From contig QPGO01000095.1 of the NCBI GenBank assembly GCA_008632985.1, positions 121,681 to 185,680 on the forward strand: a stretch of DNA of 64,000 nt, read 5' to 3'. This stretch comes from Psammoneis japonica. Lineage: Eukaryota. Of the stretch, positions 13,288 to 25,548 are shown piece after piece (the first letter of the stretch is position 1; every line of letters begins with the position of its first letter). The notes beneath the pieces are model-generated. The model saw nothing but the letters and a program-made list of their open reading frames with translations. It ran no database searches and was not told the origin of the DNA. Both the position numbers and the translations under genes were made by a program.

Positions 13288-13489
13288 CTGTGCAAAGTCA
13301 TTGGAGTAAATTGCCTGTAGGACTTGTTACCTCTAGCCACACAGAGAGCTGTTGCCTTTGCATTTGCTGATGCAGTCGTCTGCACTTGATTTTGAATTTG
13401 GTTTACGTGGCAGGGATGAGCCAAAGCAGCAGCAGCAGCAGCAAAAGATGCATCAACTAGTTGTAATTCCCTTGTTCTAAAAAAAACAA

Positions 13490-16400
13490 TTGGTGAGATC
13501 AACAATCCGTTGATGTGATGCTTGATGAACTGTTGCAGTGATGTGGCTGACCCGTCTCACTTGTTGGTTGGTTGACCTCATGAGCAGCCAAGCCATGTGA
13601 CCCACCAGGCTGCAAACTTTGTTCAAATGAATTTGACCTCATGCTGTGTTCACTGGGGGGTGAGTGGACATTTGGGGGGAAGGAATGATGATGAAAATGA
13701 TGATGTGCATCCACATCAAAAAAGTGTGCATGTGGTGATTGTCATTGCCCAAGCATCAGCACTTGGCAGTGGGGGGCAGTTTCTGCTTGCTGGTGCCCAA
13801 AATGGGAGTTTGTTGCTTGAGTTGGGCTCTCTCCATTCACACCCATTGGCAGATGAGCGAACAAAAGAGCAAGCCAGTCAGTGCACTGGAGCACACTCAG
13901 TTTTGCTTTTCCTTTCTTGCTCCAGTCAACCATCATCCTGAAGCACTCACCAATGTTTCCCTGAGGGACAGTGAGCCCAAAGTGCTTCAAGCATTCTCTT
14001 GTTCATGACTCTCAGCAAATGCTGGTCACCACTTTTTAGTCCACACAAGACAGCCTTGGATTGCTCACACACCAACGCATGGTGCATTGTTTCCTGTCAA
14101 TGATCAGTTTCTCCAACAAGAGGAGACAATCGCGTCATTCTAGATCAACGCCAATGTTGGGATGTCTGAAATCAGCAAGCACCACTTTTTTCTGCTTGCA
14201 GACTTGTGCACTGGTGCCCTGACACAAAATCATTGCTTGTGCAGAATCGGACATGTGTTTGTGCTGGAAGGAAGAAATCTTGAAATTGAGTTCTCTCTCA
14301 GCAATCAACTGCTGGGTTTGTTTTGACTTTCCATTTTGTGTGCTGCTGACTGAGTCTTTCAATCACACACCTCATGTGCTGTGTGCACAAGCTCAGGCTG
14401 TGCATTTCTCCCCCACATGAGCACACAAATCATGTGAGTGTGAATTGACACCTTGCACTCTCATGTGTGATGACATCCAAGTCAGGTTGGAAGGAGCAAT
14501 CCAGCCCATCAGATGATGAGGGGCTTGTTGTGATGAGAAGGACTCCTGCTTGTTTGCCAATGACAGGTTGATGGACACAGCCAAGAAGCCCAATGGAGCC
14601 AAATGTCAAAGATCATCCAAAATGGAAAGAAGTGGGCAACAATGGTGAAAAATCAAAATTGCATTCACACCCAAGCTCTGCAAAAGGTGCGGAAGATGGC
14701 AAAAGCTGTGAGATTCAGTGGTGCTGTGGAAGGACAGGAGAGGATGCAACAGGAAAAAGAAAGTGCAAGTTGATTGTGCAGACAAGCAGAAGGACATCAT
14801 TGGTCACACAGCCATGGCCCCTGCAACTCTTTTGATGTGCAGTGTTAAAAAATGATGAGCTGGAGATGCAACTTGTGGTCATTGTGTGAATCTTGTTGAC
14901 ACAACACATGACACATTTGGACAAGGGCCAATGGCATTTTGCCCCAATTGTGGGTTTTGGATGAGATGAACAAGCTGCTCTCACCTGGTTGCTGCTTGAG
15001 CATTGTGGAGCTGACAACATTCACAGTGCAGCAAGGCATCAATGCTGATGTCACTTTGCTTGTGTGATTGGCAACCCCACCAAGGTTTTGACTGACATGG
15101 CAGGGCCAGCAACACTTTGCATGGCAGGGACTGCTGTGGTTGAGGAAAGGAAAGTGGAAAAAGGTGCTTCTCAAAATGGAAGTGGAAGACCAGATTTCTC
15201 CAGTCAAGGCATGACATTTGGGAAAAGCAAAGGAGGCAAAGAAGAAAGCAAAGCAAATTCTCTGTGAGGGCAGGGTTGACTCAACCAAACAAAACAATGC
15301 ACCGCATGCAAAATTATGTTGGAGAATTGAGAGCTGGTGAGCACATGGATCTTCTAAAGGAGATGGTCAAGTGAGCAGGTAAAAGGGTTGCAATGTGTGC
15401 ACAGAGCAAACCTGAGAATGCAGTTGCATGGCTCGAGAGTCTGCCCCTGCTTTTTGACCACACATTGTGCCAAACAAAGATCAACCAAAAGTGCATTTTT
15501 GCCACTCTGGTGCAATGCTGATCTCACCAGGTTGTGCCATGCTCTGATTCTTTGCTGACACAAAGACAAAACATTGAGAATGTGTCAACAGCATGGTGCT
15601 GTCCAGCATGAAACAAAAATTGATGTCTGCTTCACAGCTTTGCTGAGCAGCGAAGCTTTGCACTGGTTGCAAGAGATGGCAAGAATTGTCAACAAAAAAA
15701 TGCCACTGGAAGCTGTGGTGAAAGCCACTTTTCTTCTGAGCCACAGCACTCAAAGGTGAGGCTGCTGAGCTCCACAGATTGGGGCACAAGATGGAAGAAG
15801 AAGAGCTGTGTGTGGAAAAGATTTTTTCTTGTTTTTGCAAGCAGCAAAGGTGCTCTGCTTAAAAATGGATCTGTTTGTTTTGCAAACAATCTCTTCCAAG
15901 CTAGTCAGCTGCAGTCAAAAGCAAAATCATCTGTGTCAAAATGACAGCCCTCAGACTTCTTGTGCACTGGCACACAGTGGCACATGGCAAGCATGGCAGT
16001 GCCGCTGTTGTGGAGATGAAAGGAAGATCATGTATTGCAAATTGACTGCAGCCAGCACCAAAGACATGCCCAGCATGTGGTCCATGAGAGTGGGAAGAGG
16101 GGGCTGCATGCAAAGCTCATTCTCAAAGGCACCATGTGGCACTGAAACAAGTGTTGCTGGCATGGAAAAAGCTGGCAAAGATCTTCAAGAACTGGAGACT
16201 CATGGCAAACCCATGTGACAACTGTGCAGTGCATAAAATCATTGACAGCAAGCAGTGCACCATGTTTCAGCCTTTGAATGACCCAAAACTGTTTTGTGTT
16301 AATTTAAAAGTGGTCGCCAGCATTGTGGAGAGTCTCAAACAAGAGTGCACAAAGCACTGGGGGCTCACTGTCACTCAGAGAGGCATTCATGAGTGCCTCA

Positions 16401-16950
16401 GGAGCATGAAGATCAACTGCAGCAACAAAGGAAAAGAGAAACTGAGAGTGTTCCAGTGCATTGATGAGCTTGTTTTTTCGTGGCCAACGGATGTGAGAGA
16501 ATGGAGAGAGCCCAACTCCAGCAACAAACTGCCCATTTGACACCAGGGAAGAGCCCCCCACTGTTGCTGGCAAGCACTGATGCTTGTGCATTGACAACCA
16601 CCATGCACACTTTGGGGTGGATAAAAAAAATCATCATCATCATCATTCCTTTCTCCCTCAATTGTCCATTCACACTCCAGTGAATGCAGCATTGGGTCAA
16701 ATTCACTTGAACAAAGTGTGCAAAGTGTGGTGGGTCACATGACTTGGCTGCTCATGAGGTCAACAAACCAACAAGTGAGATGAGCATCACTCTAACAATT
16801 CATTAAACATCACATCAACCGATTGTTGATTTGCTCCAGCTGTTTTTCATTTTTTTCTAGAAAACAAGGGAAGGAGGGGAGAAAAGATGAAAGGCACTGC
16901 TGCAGGGACAGCATCTATTTAGACAACCAGTTGATGCATCTTCGCTGCTG
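13490..16950. other. TpA/CpG-depleted hypermutated domain 2, between the converging sulfatase genes
   Basis: TA rare and mostly in YTAR or TAAA contexts; strongly TG/CA-rich. Confidence 0.8.
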
Positions 16951-17099
16951 CTTTAGCTCATCCCCTTGATGTGCCCAAACGGCATGCTACGCAAACCAAA
17001 TAAAATACAGACGACATCAGCAAATGCAAAGGCGGCAGCTCTCTATATAGCGTGAGATAACAAGTCCTACAGGCGATCGACTCCAATGACTTTGCGCAG

Positions 17100-18593
17100 T
17101 TAGGTGGGCCTTGGCCTTGGTATGTAATCCATCGTTGCTCTCCGGTGTAAAAAATCAACGAGCATGGTATATCTGGCATCGTTGGCAAGGTTGAACTCTT
17201 CTGCCTGATCATGCACCATGTTGAATAACTGCACTTTTCCATCATCGCGCCAGCAATACTTCCAGGATCGCCATCGGATCATTCGTCCACCTCCACCTGT
17301 GTATGTTTCGCAAAGGGCCTGCCGTTTCGTCCCATTCTCGTTTCCATTAATAAGTGGCAATAATGATGCTCCATCAAGTCCTTCCGGAATCTGAAGGCCG
17401 CACATCTGGTACATTGTTGGAACGACGTCAATTAGTTGAACCGGCCACCACACCTTCTTTTCGGAAGGAAGGGAGGAGGGATGTGAAAGTATCAGTGGAA
17501 CCTTTACTGAATCCTCATAAAAACTGTTCTTGTACCAAAGGCCATGCTCTCCTGCCTGCTCGCCGTGATCTGAAGTGTACACGATTATGGTGTCATCACG
17601 CAGCCCTTTCTCTTCGAGTTTCTCCACGACCCGCCCTAACTGGCGATCCGTAAAGGTGACCTGACCATAGTATATTGCTCTTGCCTTTTTGATTTGCCAA
17701 TCTTCCATGCTTTCAAATCCGTACTGTGTTCGATGTCTGCTGTTTATCCTTGGCAAGTCTCGCAACATTTCCTCGGAGACTCTTGGAAGATCAATAATGT
17801 CCTTGTACATTTCGTAGTACTCATCATCAACAATGAATGGAAAGTGCGGATTTTTCAAAGAGACACCAAGAAAGAATGGCTTCGTGCCATTGTACTTGTC
17901 AAGCCAAGCGATAGCTTCGTCTGTCAAAATCACGTCCTCTTGATGAGTTATATTGCTTGGAATAGTTTGGGCTCGTTGTGGAAGGCGCCCTACTGCTTTG
18001 AAAAAATCCTTGTAATCACGGAGAAGCGAATAATATTTCCTTCTGATAGCCGTGTTGTTGGCTCCATGAAAACCCAGGCCCTCGTTATCAGTACCCCAGT
18101 GTTCTTTCCCGAACCACATGGTCAGATATCCAGCTTCCGCAAACACGCGGGGAAGCGTCAATGGTGCATCCCTCAACACGTCGTCCTCGTGGGCAGAGTT
18201 GAAAAACACGCCAAGTTTGGATGGCATCTTCCCCGTCGCCAACGAGGCACGAGACGGTACGCAACTGTGAGGGATGTTAGAGCGTGAACAACATTAGCAA
18301 AACGCCATCAACAAAAACGTATGTAACATCTATGACAAACGCTACGGTACGCACACTGGATTCTGACAATAAGCATTTTGAAATAGAACCCCCTTTCTAG
18401 CTAGAGCATCCATGTTTGGGGTTTGGATAATAGGATGGCCGGCAGCACCAAGCAATCGCCCAGAGTGTTCGTCCGACATAAGAAAGAGTACGTTTTTCTT
18501 TCGTGTTTCCTCGTTCATTTCAGCACATTCTGCCGTCCAAATCAAACTGAAGAGGAAGACGGGAAGGATGTATATATGGCTTTTCTGGCACAT
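17100..18593 (-). CDS. Secreted family-S1 (choline-sulfatase-like) sulfatase, copy B, intact; exons 18593-18355 and 18264-17100
   Basis: Hydrophobic signal peptide. The formylglycine motif C-V-P-S-R appears after splicing the 90-nt gtgcgt...cacag intron. Conserved GKEH, PHFP and SDHGE motifs. Uninterrupted frame. Confidence 0.88.
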
Positions 18594-21500
18594 GCTATCG
18601 TTCCTTTCTAAAACCGAATTCTGGAAACACCTCTTGGATCTTGGATATCGTTTGATGCAGGGGGAGAACACAGTAAGATTACGGTGTCATGTATCTTGAT
18701 CCTTGATCTCACGTTTTGTAGAATAATCAACTTTTCAATTTTGGCCAGATTTGCGAACTCCGACACGATTAACGTATGAAGTCATAGCTGACTTTGTCTT
18801 GAAAGACAAGGCAGATAGGAGACCAAGGATGCAACGATGACACTTTCTTCTTACTTTAATTAACAATTTCTCAATAAATGTTTGGGCCAGACACCTACTG
18901 TACAGTACCGCCCGGCGGGGGGCGCGGTTCTTACATTAGGGCCCTACAGGTAGCAGGCGTACCGTACAGTACAGAGAATGCAGCAGGCAGAAGAAAAATG
19001 ATTCAGCCCAACAGATTTGCGAACTCAAAAACAATCAACATTATTCCGCAACATTTATATACCGTTATGACACTTTCTTCTCACTAAACAAAATGTCAAT
19101 AAATGTTTGGCCAGACTGGGTGTCTCACGCACTGCTTGCAACGAGAATCGCAGCTGCAGCAGCAGAAGCTCTCTCTACCCTCTCTCTGCTCTAGAGTGGC
19201 TGCACAGCACGAGAGAGAGAGAGAGAGAGCTGGCTCCAACAGCTGCCACAGAGGCTTTCTCTGTTGCTCCACTGGAGCTCCAGCTCTAGCAGTGGATGTT
19301 GCAGCACACACAGCAGCACTTTGTGCTTTCATCCATCCGCACCACCTCCAGCAACTCCGACCCTTGTTGCAAGCGGCGACACCCAAGACATTTTTGGAGC
19401 CCACGGTTCTTGCAGCCAGCACATGCCACAGTGCTCCCTGTGTGCAATGCACAACATTTGGAGTGGTGCGCAAGACACTTCATTGTGAGAGACCTGCTGA
19501 AAATCTTCCAGCAAACTTGTCAGTTGTCCTGTCCCAGACAGGGCAGTTTTTTCAGCGTTGTGGCTGAAGAGCCAGTCATTGAGCATGGGTTTGTGTGCTG
19601 TGAAGCGCCACTCATCGGCCTGTGCCCTGGTGCCAAGTTGAAAGAAAAACAATTTTTTTGCTGAAACAGGGCTTTTCATCACATGGGAGACAAGCCGTGG
19701 CTTTCTGAGAGCATCCATTTGATGAGCGGCACTTGACTGGCTGTTTGCTGCCCATCTGCAGCCACTGGGCTAAACCACAAACCACATTGTGCATGCACAC
19801 ACTCTGTGATGTTTTGCAAGTGGACAAAATTCTTTGTCCGATTGTGGCAATTTTTTGGTGGCAAGCACTCAGTGTGACACGCCCTCCCAAAAACCAGGAG
19901 CTCCTGAAAACACACCACACAACAACCAGAGCTGTCCTCAAGCCACAGAAATTGGGTGAAAATGTTTGTGCAGAGTTCTGCACATGCACGGCAGAGGCAG
20001 AGACAATGTGCACCTAAAATCTAGCCTGTTCCCTCCTGATGAGAAGGTCAAACTGCATGTGCACATGACAGCGCCACTTTCACATGTGCGGCACACACAC
20101 CTGCAGCTGTGCCTGGAGTTGCAACACATGCCCTCTTTTTGCAACATGCAATGAACAACCATTTGTGCCTCCAGCATCTCATGTCATTGCAAGCAGTCTG
20201 TGCACTTTTGTCCATTTTCTCCTGTTCACCAAGTGCTGCTGTTGTCAGCAAGAGCTGAGGCTGCACACTGCACAGGATCATGCTGAGAGATCCTGCAAAA
20301 TGCTCCTTTCCATCCCAACATGCCAGTTGATCATTGGTGCTTCAACAAGAGGAGCAGACAATGACGTCATTCTGTGTCAATGCCAAAGCTGGCGTGCACC
20401 ACTTTTCTGCTTGCAGACACACATGCCAATGCTGTCCCAGCACAAAGGTCATTTGGCACCCATGCAGAGAGTCTGTGCAATGAGCTTGTGCTGCTGGGAA
20501 GAAGAAATCTCAAATGTGAGCTCTCTTCCAGCAACCAACCAAGTTTGTTTTAACTTTTTGTTCACTTTTGTTCTGCTGGCCAAGTCTTTTGTCACACATC
20601 CCATGTTCTGCACCACATGCACAAAGCAGTGCCAAGGTTGTGCATTTCACCCACATGAGCACAACAATGTGTTTTCACCCCGGGTGAGAAACACCTGCAC
20701 ATGACACACTGAGGTCAGACAATTGCACCCACCCTTTTTCCATCACCACGCTTTTTGTGCGAGCAAAACCGGCAGATTTTCCTGCAAAATTCTTTGTGTC
20801 TGCCAGTCAGGTGAATGCAGGACAACAAAAAAACATCTTTGATGACACATTTGAAGTCACATGGCTTGGGTGGCATGTGGAGTGGGGTGCTGGACAAGCA
20901 GATTGAGCCACACCAGCAGAAAGGGATGCCACTCAGTCTTGGCTGAGGCAGTGCTCATGAAATTCATCATGCATGAAAAAAATGGGCCGTCACCAATGTT
21001 GGCACCACAACACCCCTTCACAGTGCAGAGACCAATCAAGGCTGCCCAGGAATCTTTTGCAGCCATGTGGCAATGACAGTTGGTTGACCATTGTTGCAAA
21101 TGAAAGCATCAATCTGGCTGGGTGCAAATGCAAACAAATTTTTGGCAAGAAAAACCCATCAACAAGCAAAACAGAGTGAAAAGGACTGTCCACATCCTGG
21201 TCCAACACAGCACCCATGGTGAGCTTGAAGCCATCAGTTTGATGCTGCCTGGTGAGCACCATGGTGCAAGCAAAAGGAGTGCTGAAACTTGGGCCAGAAT
21301 CTAAACTTGACTTAACTTGAAACTTGACTTGAGACCTTGAACCATGTCACAAATCAGATGATGCAGAGGGCTTTGCCATTCTGTTTGCAGTCAAGTGCTG
21401 AGCTTCCTGTCTGTGGTCAGCAGAGTTGTGCCAGCACATCCACACCTGCAGCCAGCAGTGCTTTGGGTTGCTTGGAAGCAGAGTGGCAAGTTAAAAAAAC

Positions 21501-21639
21501 CTGCAAGCTCACAAGAGGGGGACAATTTCCCTGAACCTTTGTCATTTTGCATTGGTCAGATGGCCTGATTGTGCAAAATCTGGCACAATTTGGCTGCCCT
21601 TTTGCTGTGCAACTCCCTCCAACAGAAAACACACCTGGG

Positions 21640-23270
21640 GCCTGCTGCTGCTCACTCCCTCACCTTTCATCTCCTTGCAGCACACATTCTGGGATGGCAT
21701 CATTCTCCTGTGTCTTTTGCACACTGTGCTCATCAACACCTCACAATGCTGTGAGCACACCAGAGTCAAAAGACAAGCCAGGCTCACCCCCAGCAAGCAC
21801 CCAAGGCATCAAGAATGAGCTGCCAACAATGGAGATGTGACTCAGAACAACAGCAACTTCCCTGTTGGGAGCATTGGGTCTGTCACTCTCACAACTTCTC
21901 CTGCTGTTGACTCAGACTCATTTCCTTCTTTCAGCTCCAGTGCTCCTTCATTCTTTCTCAAATTTTTGCTGCTTGTTGCAAGTCTCTGCTTTTCTTCACA
22001 ACTCCAGATAAAAAAAGCTCAGTTTTTTGTTTGAGGCCTTGGGTGTGTCTCCAGCAAGTGCAAAACCATCTGTGGAAGAGGCAGATTCCTGCATCTGCAA
22101 CAACAGAATTTTGAACAAGGCACTTGTGCAAAGGATCAAACCAAGAAACACCACCACCACCAAATTCAGGGCTGCTTTTGCACTCTCTTTCTTTGCACCA
22201 TGGGTTTCTTTTTGGAAAAGACCCACAGAGCAGAATGGCGCACATTGCCCTGATCAAGCAGTGTTTGTGCACAGGAAAAGTCGGGGCTTCAAACATCTGC
22301 ACTGCTTTGCCTTTTCTCATGCAAGCAACAAGATTTCATTTTCAGAGGATTGCTTTGAGCTTCACTTTGGCATGGCCTTGACCAAATGGGACTTCTTGCA
22401 CATGCTGGTGGAATCAGAACATTTCTAAAGGAGCCCCATGAGCATCTGCACACAAGCTGCGGCTGCCATTTGACATCTCTGTGTGCATTTGGCACACCCT
22501 GCAACTCCAATGACCTTGGTTCCCCCGATGATGCACCCAGAGAGAAACTCACTGACATGGCCCACATTGACTGCTTGATGCAGAGTGGTTGTCAACAACA
22601 ATGCTTTGATGAAACACATGATTGACAACAAAGAAGGCCACTTTTTAGGTCTTGCCCAGAAGCTCGTGCAGGTCAGGCTGGCTTCAAAGACTGGATTTTC
22701 ATGATTTCCTGGAGATTGAAGCCACCATGGCTGGTTGGCATGGCATTTTCAAATTTTTGAAGAGTTGCAGCACTGGCATTGTGACTGGTTCCCAAAACCT
22801 TCAAGAAAGCAGCAAAGGAAAAGCACACAGAAATGGGCTGCTGGAAGTTTTGTGGCATCAGCGTTGATTGTGCAGGCAAGTTTGAACAGATGTCCTCTGA
22901 TGACCTGTCAAACAGTGAGCATGAATGATTGCTTGCAAGTGGAACAACCAAAAGAAGCATGCCAAAGACAAGGCCTGAACACTCATGCAACAAAAAGATC
23001 TTCTTGTGACATTGTTGTCACAGAAAGTTTTGGTGCAGAAAGCGTGACAAGCAATGCAACATTGATGCCAACACCTGATGTGCTGACTCTGTTGGTGCTT
23101 TGCAAAAGCACTCCAAGGTCATGCTGGGTGGAAATGCAGAAACAAAACAAGGCAAGACCAAAGTCTTCTTCATGCTTGTGATGGGCTGGTGGAAAGGGGT
23201 GTCTTTGGTCCTTGTGTCATCTGAGAGTGTTGCAGGCCTGCCAATGCCAAGCAGTGGTCTTTTTGGCATG
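21640..23270 (+). repeat. About 1.6-kb dispersed repeat, copy 1 (copy 2 at about 33850-35463)
   Basis: Shared blocks ccttgcagcacacattctgg, tgggtttctttttggaaaagacc, gcttcaaagactgga, gtggtctttttggcatgaa. Many differences between copies are CA vs TG. Confidence 0.8.
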
Positions 23271-25289
23271 AATCCTCAAATTGGTGGTTTCCTCTGAGTT
23301 CAACAAAAACAACTCAGCCATTGTGCTGTTGTTTTCAAAGTCTTGGGGACACAAACGGTGACCAATCTCAGTGAGTGTGTGTGGAACTGATGGAAAAATT
23401 CAAGTCAGAAGTGTGAAAACATGCCAGCGCCACCAGTGGTGCAGAATGGTTCAGGATGTGCACCACAAATTTTGTGCCACAGTGGTGCATGTGATTTTTG
23501 TCTGAGATTCCATGAACATGTGCCAAGTGGCACAGACCCAATGCAAACTCAACAAATTTTTGAAGTTTTGTGGCATGCACTCTCAACATGTTGTGGCATG
23601 GATTCAACATTGACAAGGCTTTGCGCAACACTCTCAACACCCAAGACAACAGAAAACCACTCGCAAAATCTTGCTCCCATTTTGCACATTGTGGCTGATG
23701 TGGTGTTGTTCATTTGTCTCACTTGTTTTCATTGTGAAACCCCCCAATGACACAGGGTCTCTTTCAGGCATGTGCGTTGGTCTGACCCCTCTTTGGGCAA
23801 GAATGGGGGGTGTGCAGTTTGCTCACTTGAAGACACCAGACTGCAAGAAGCTTGCGGTTGGGAGCCAGCAAGCAAAGCACTGCACCACAAGGCAATGGCT
23901 GATGGACAGTGTTGGGCCAGCACAAGCAAAAGCATTTTCCTGAGGGTGCTTTGCACCACATTTCACAAAGCCAGAGACATGAGCCAAGAAACACAGACAG
24001 TCAGCAGGTCTTCTTGCTCAGCTGGCCACCCAAAATTCAAGGTGGAGTGCAGCTGGAATGAAGAAGGCTGCAGGTCAATTTGAGGTCCCAGTGGGAACTG
24101 GCAAGGGTGGGGCATCAAAACCCACCCTGTCCTTGACAATGCAGCAACAAGAATGTGAAATTTCACAATGAGACAGGTGGCAAGAAGGAGCTTGCCCAAA
24201 CCACAGCTGGGCACAAGCACAGAGCTCTCCCATCTTGTCTGCTGTTGGATGAGCCTCCTGCAGCAGCCACGGCTGCACTGGAAATCCAAAGGTGGCAGTT
24301 GGTGGAGTGGATCTTGCAAGTTCTCTCAAGACTTTGTGACACAAAAGGCTGAAATTTGGGCACAGCATCCACAGATGCTTTGGGAGAGATGCTGTGAATT
24401 TGTTGAGACAGGCACTGGTCTGCTGATGGCATGGGTGGGGAAGGCCAGTGCTTGTTGATGGGGATTTTTGTCAAGAGCTTTTGAAGAGGATAACACCATG
24501 TTTTCTCACTTGGAGATTTCAGAGAATTGTTTGAACACAATGGAGCCAGACCCGCCAAAGTGTGCACTGAATTTCAGAGAATGAAGAAGGTGCAGATCCA
24601 TGGCAGTGGCCGAGCTGGTGGGGCAAGGCTTGGACAACAAGCTGCCCCAGAAGCCACGATGACTGGCAGCAAAACACTCACAAAAGACACCATTGTCAAG
24701 CTGTCATGGACTGACACAACTCCGTGGTTGCAGGCTGAGGGAGCTTTGCTGTCAAGCACAAAACCGCAGCACCTCAAGTCACAGACAAGCTGCTTTGCAG
24801 GCACAAGCCCAGCCAAGGGCAGCAAGTTGACAGCCCAGCAACATCTTCTCCTTTTCTCTTCTTTTCTTCTCTCTCTTTTCCTTTTCTCCTTTTCAGTTCA
24901 TTCTTCTGGGCCACCTCCAGCAGCCACACCTCTTTCATTCTTCCCACATGCCAAAATCTCATGTCTGGGTGGAATGAGGTTGGGGAGTCTGATTGGCACA
25001 TGATCTTGCAGCAAGAGCTGCACTGCAGGTGCACATCCTGTGCCCCAATGGAGCCCGATGAGGAGGGTTCGGCTTCGCCAAGCCCAATGAGAAGGGTCCA
25101 AGCAACAAGGTGAAGACCGACAAGGCGGGTTGTGTTGCACAATGGTGAGAACAACCCCTGCGCCAGGCTTTCTTCAGAATTTTGATTGCACAAATTTGCT
25201 GCAGTGCCCCCTGGAGATGGGGTGTGACAGACATGGTTCGCATTTTCTTCCATCCTCTTTCAGGCAGCGGCTGAGGTGCCGCCGGTGGC

Positions 25290-25548
25290 AGCTTCATTGT
25301 GGAACCCCGCAAAAACGTGGGGACCCCTGTCCTGGAAATGTGTGGAGTTGTGCGTGCATGCATGGGGACTGTTTGCGCAGGTTTTGTGCCAGAGCCATCT
25401 CACGAACCAGGTGTTTTTTCGAAATTTTTTTGTAGAAACTGCACCAGTTTTGTGCACGCAGGCCACATGTTTCAGTGCCACACACAAAAATGAGCGCAGA
25501 CCTCTGCAGGAGGGTCCCCACGTGTTTGTGGGGTTCCACATTGAAGCT
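25290..25548. mobile_element. MITE-like element with about 37-bp terminal inverted repeats
   Basis: agcttcattgtggaaccccgcaaaaacgtggggaccc (25290-25326) matches the reverse complement of 25512-25548 with 3 mismatches. Confidence 0.6.

Larger units (their letters stand above)
11551..18895. repeat. Inverted segmental duplication: arms about 11551-14105 and 16235-18895, spacer about 2.1 kb
   Basis: The arms share the upstream motif ggtgtctggcccaaacatttattga, the sulfatase gene with a same-position 90-nt intron, and about 800 bp of 3' flank (e.g. gttgacctcatgagcagccaag, gacagtgagccc, ctgtcaatgat). Confidence 0.85.
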
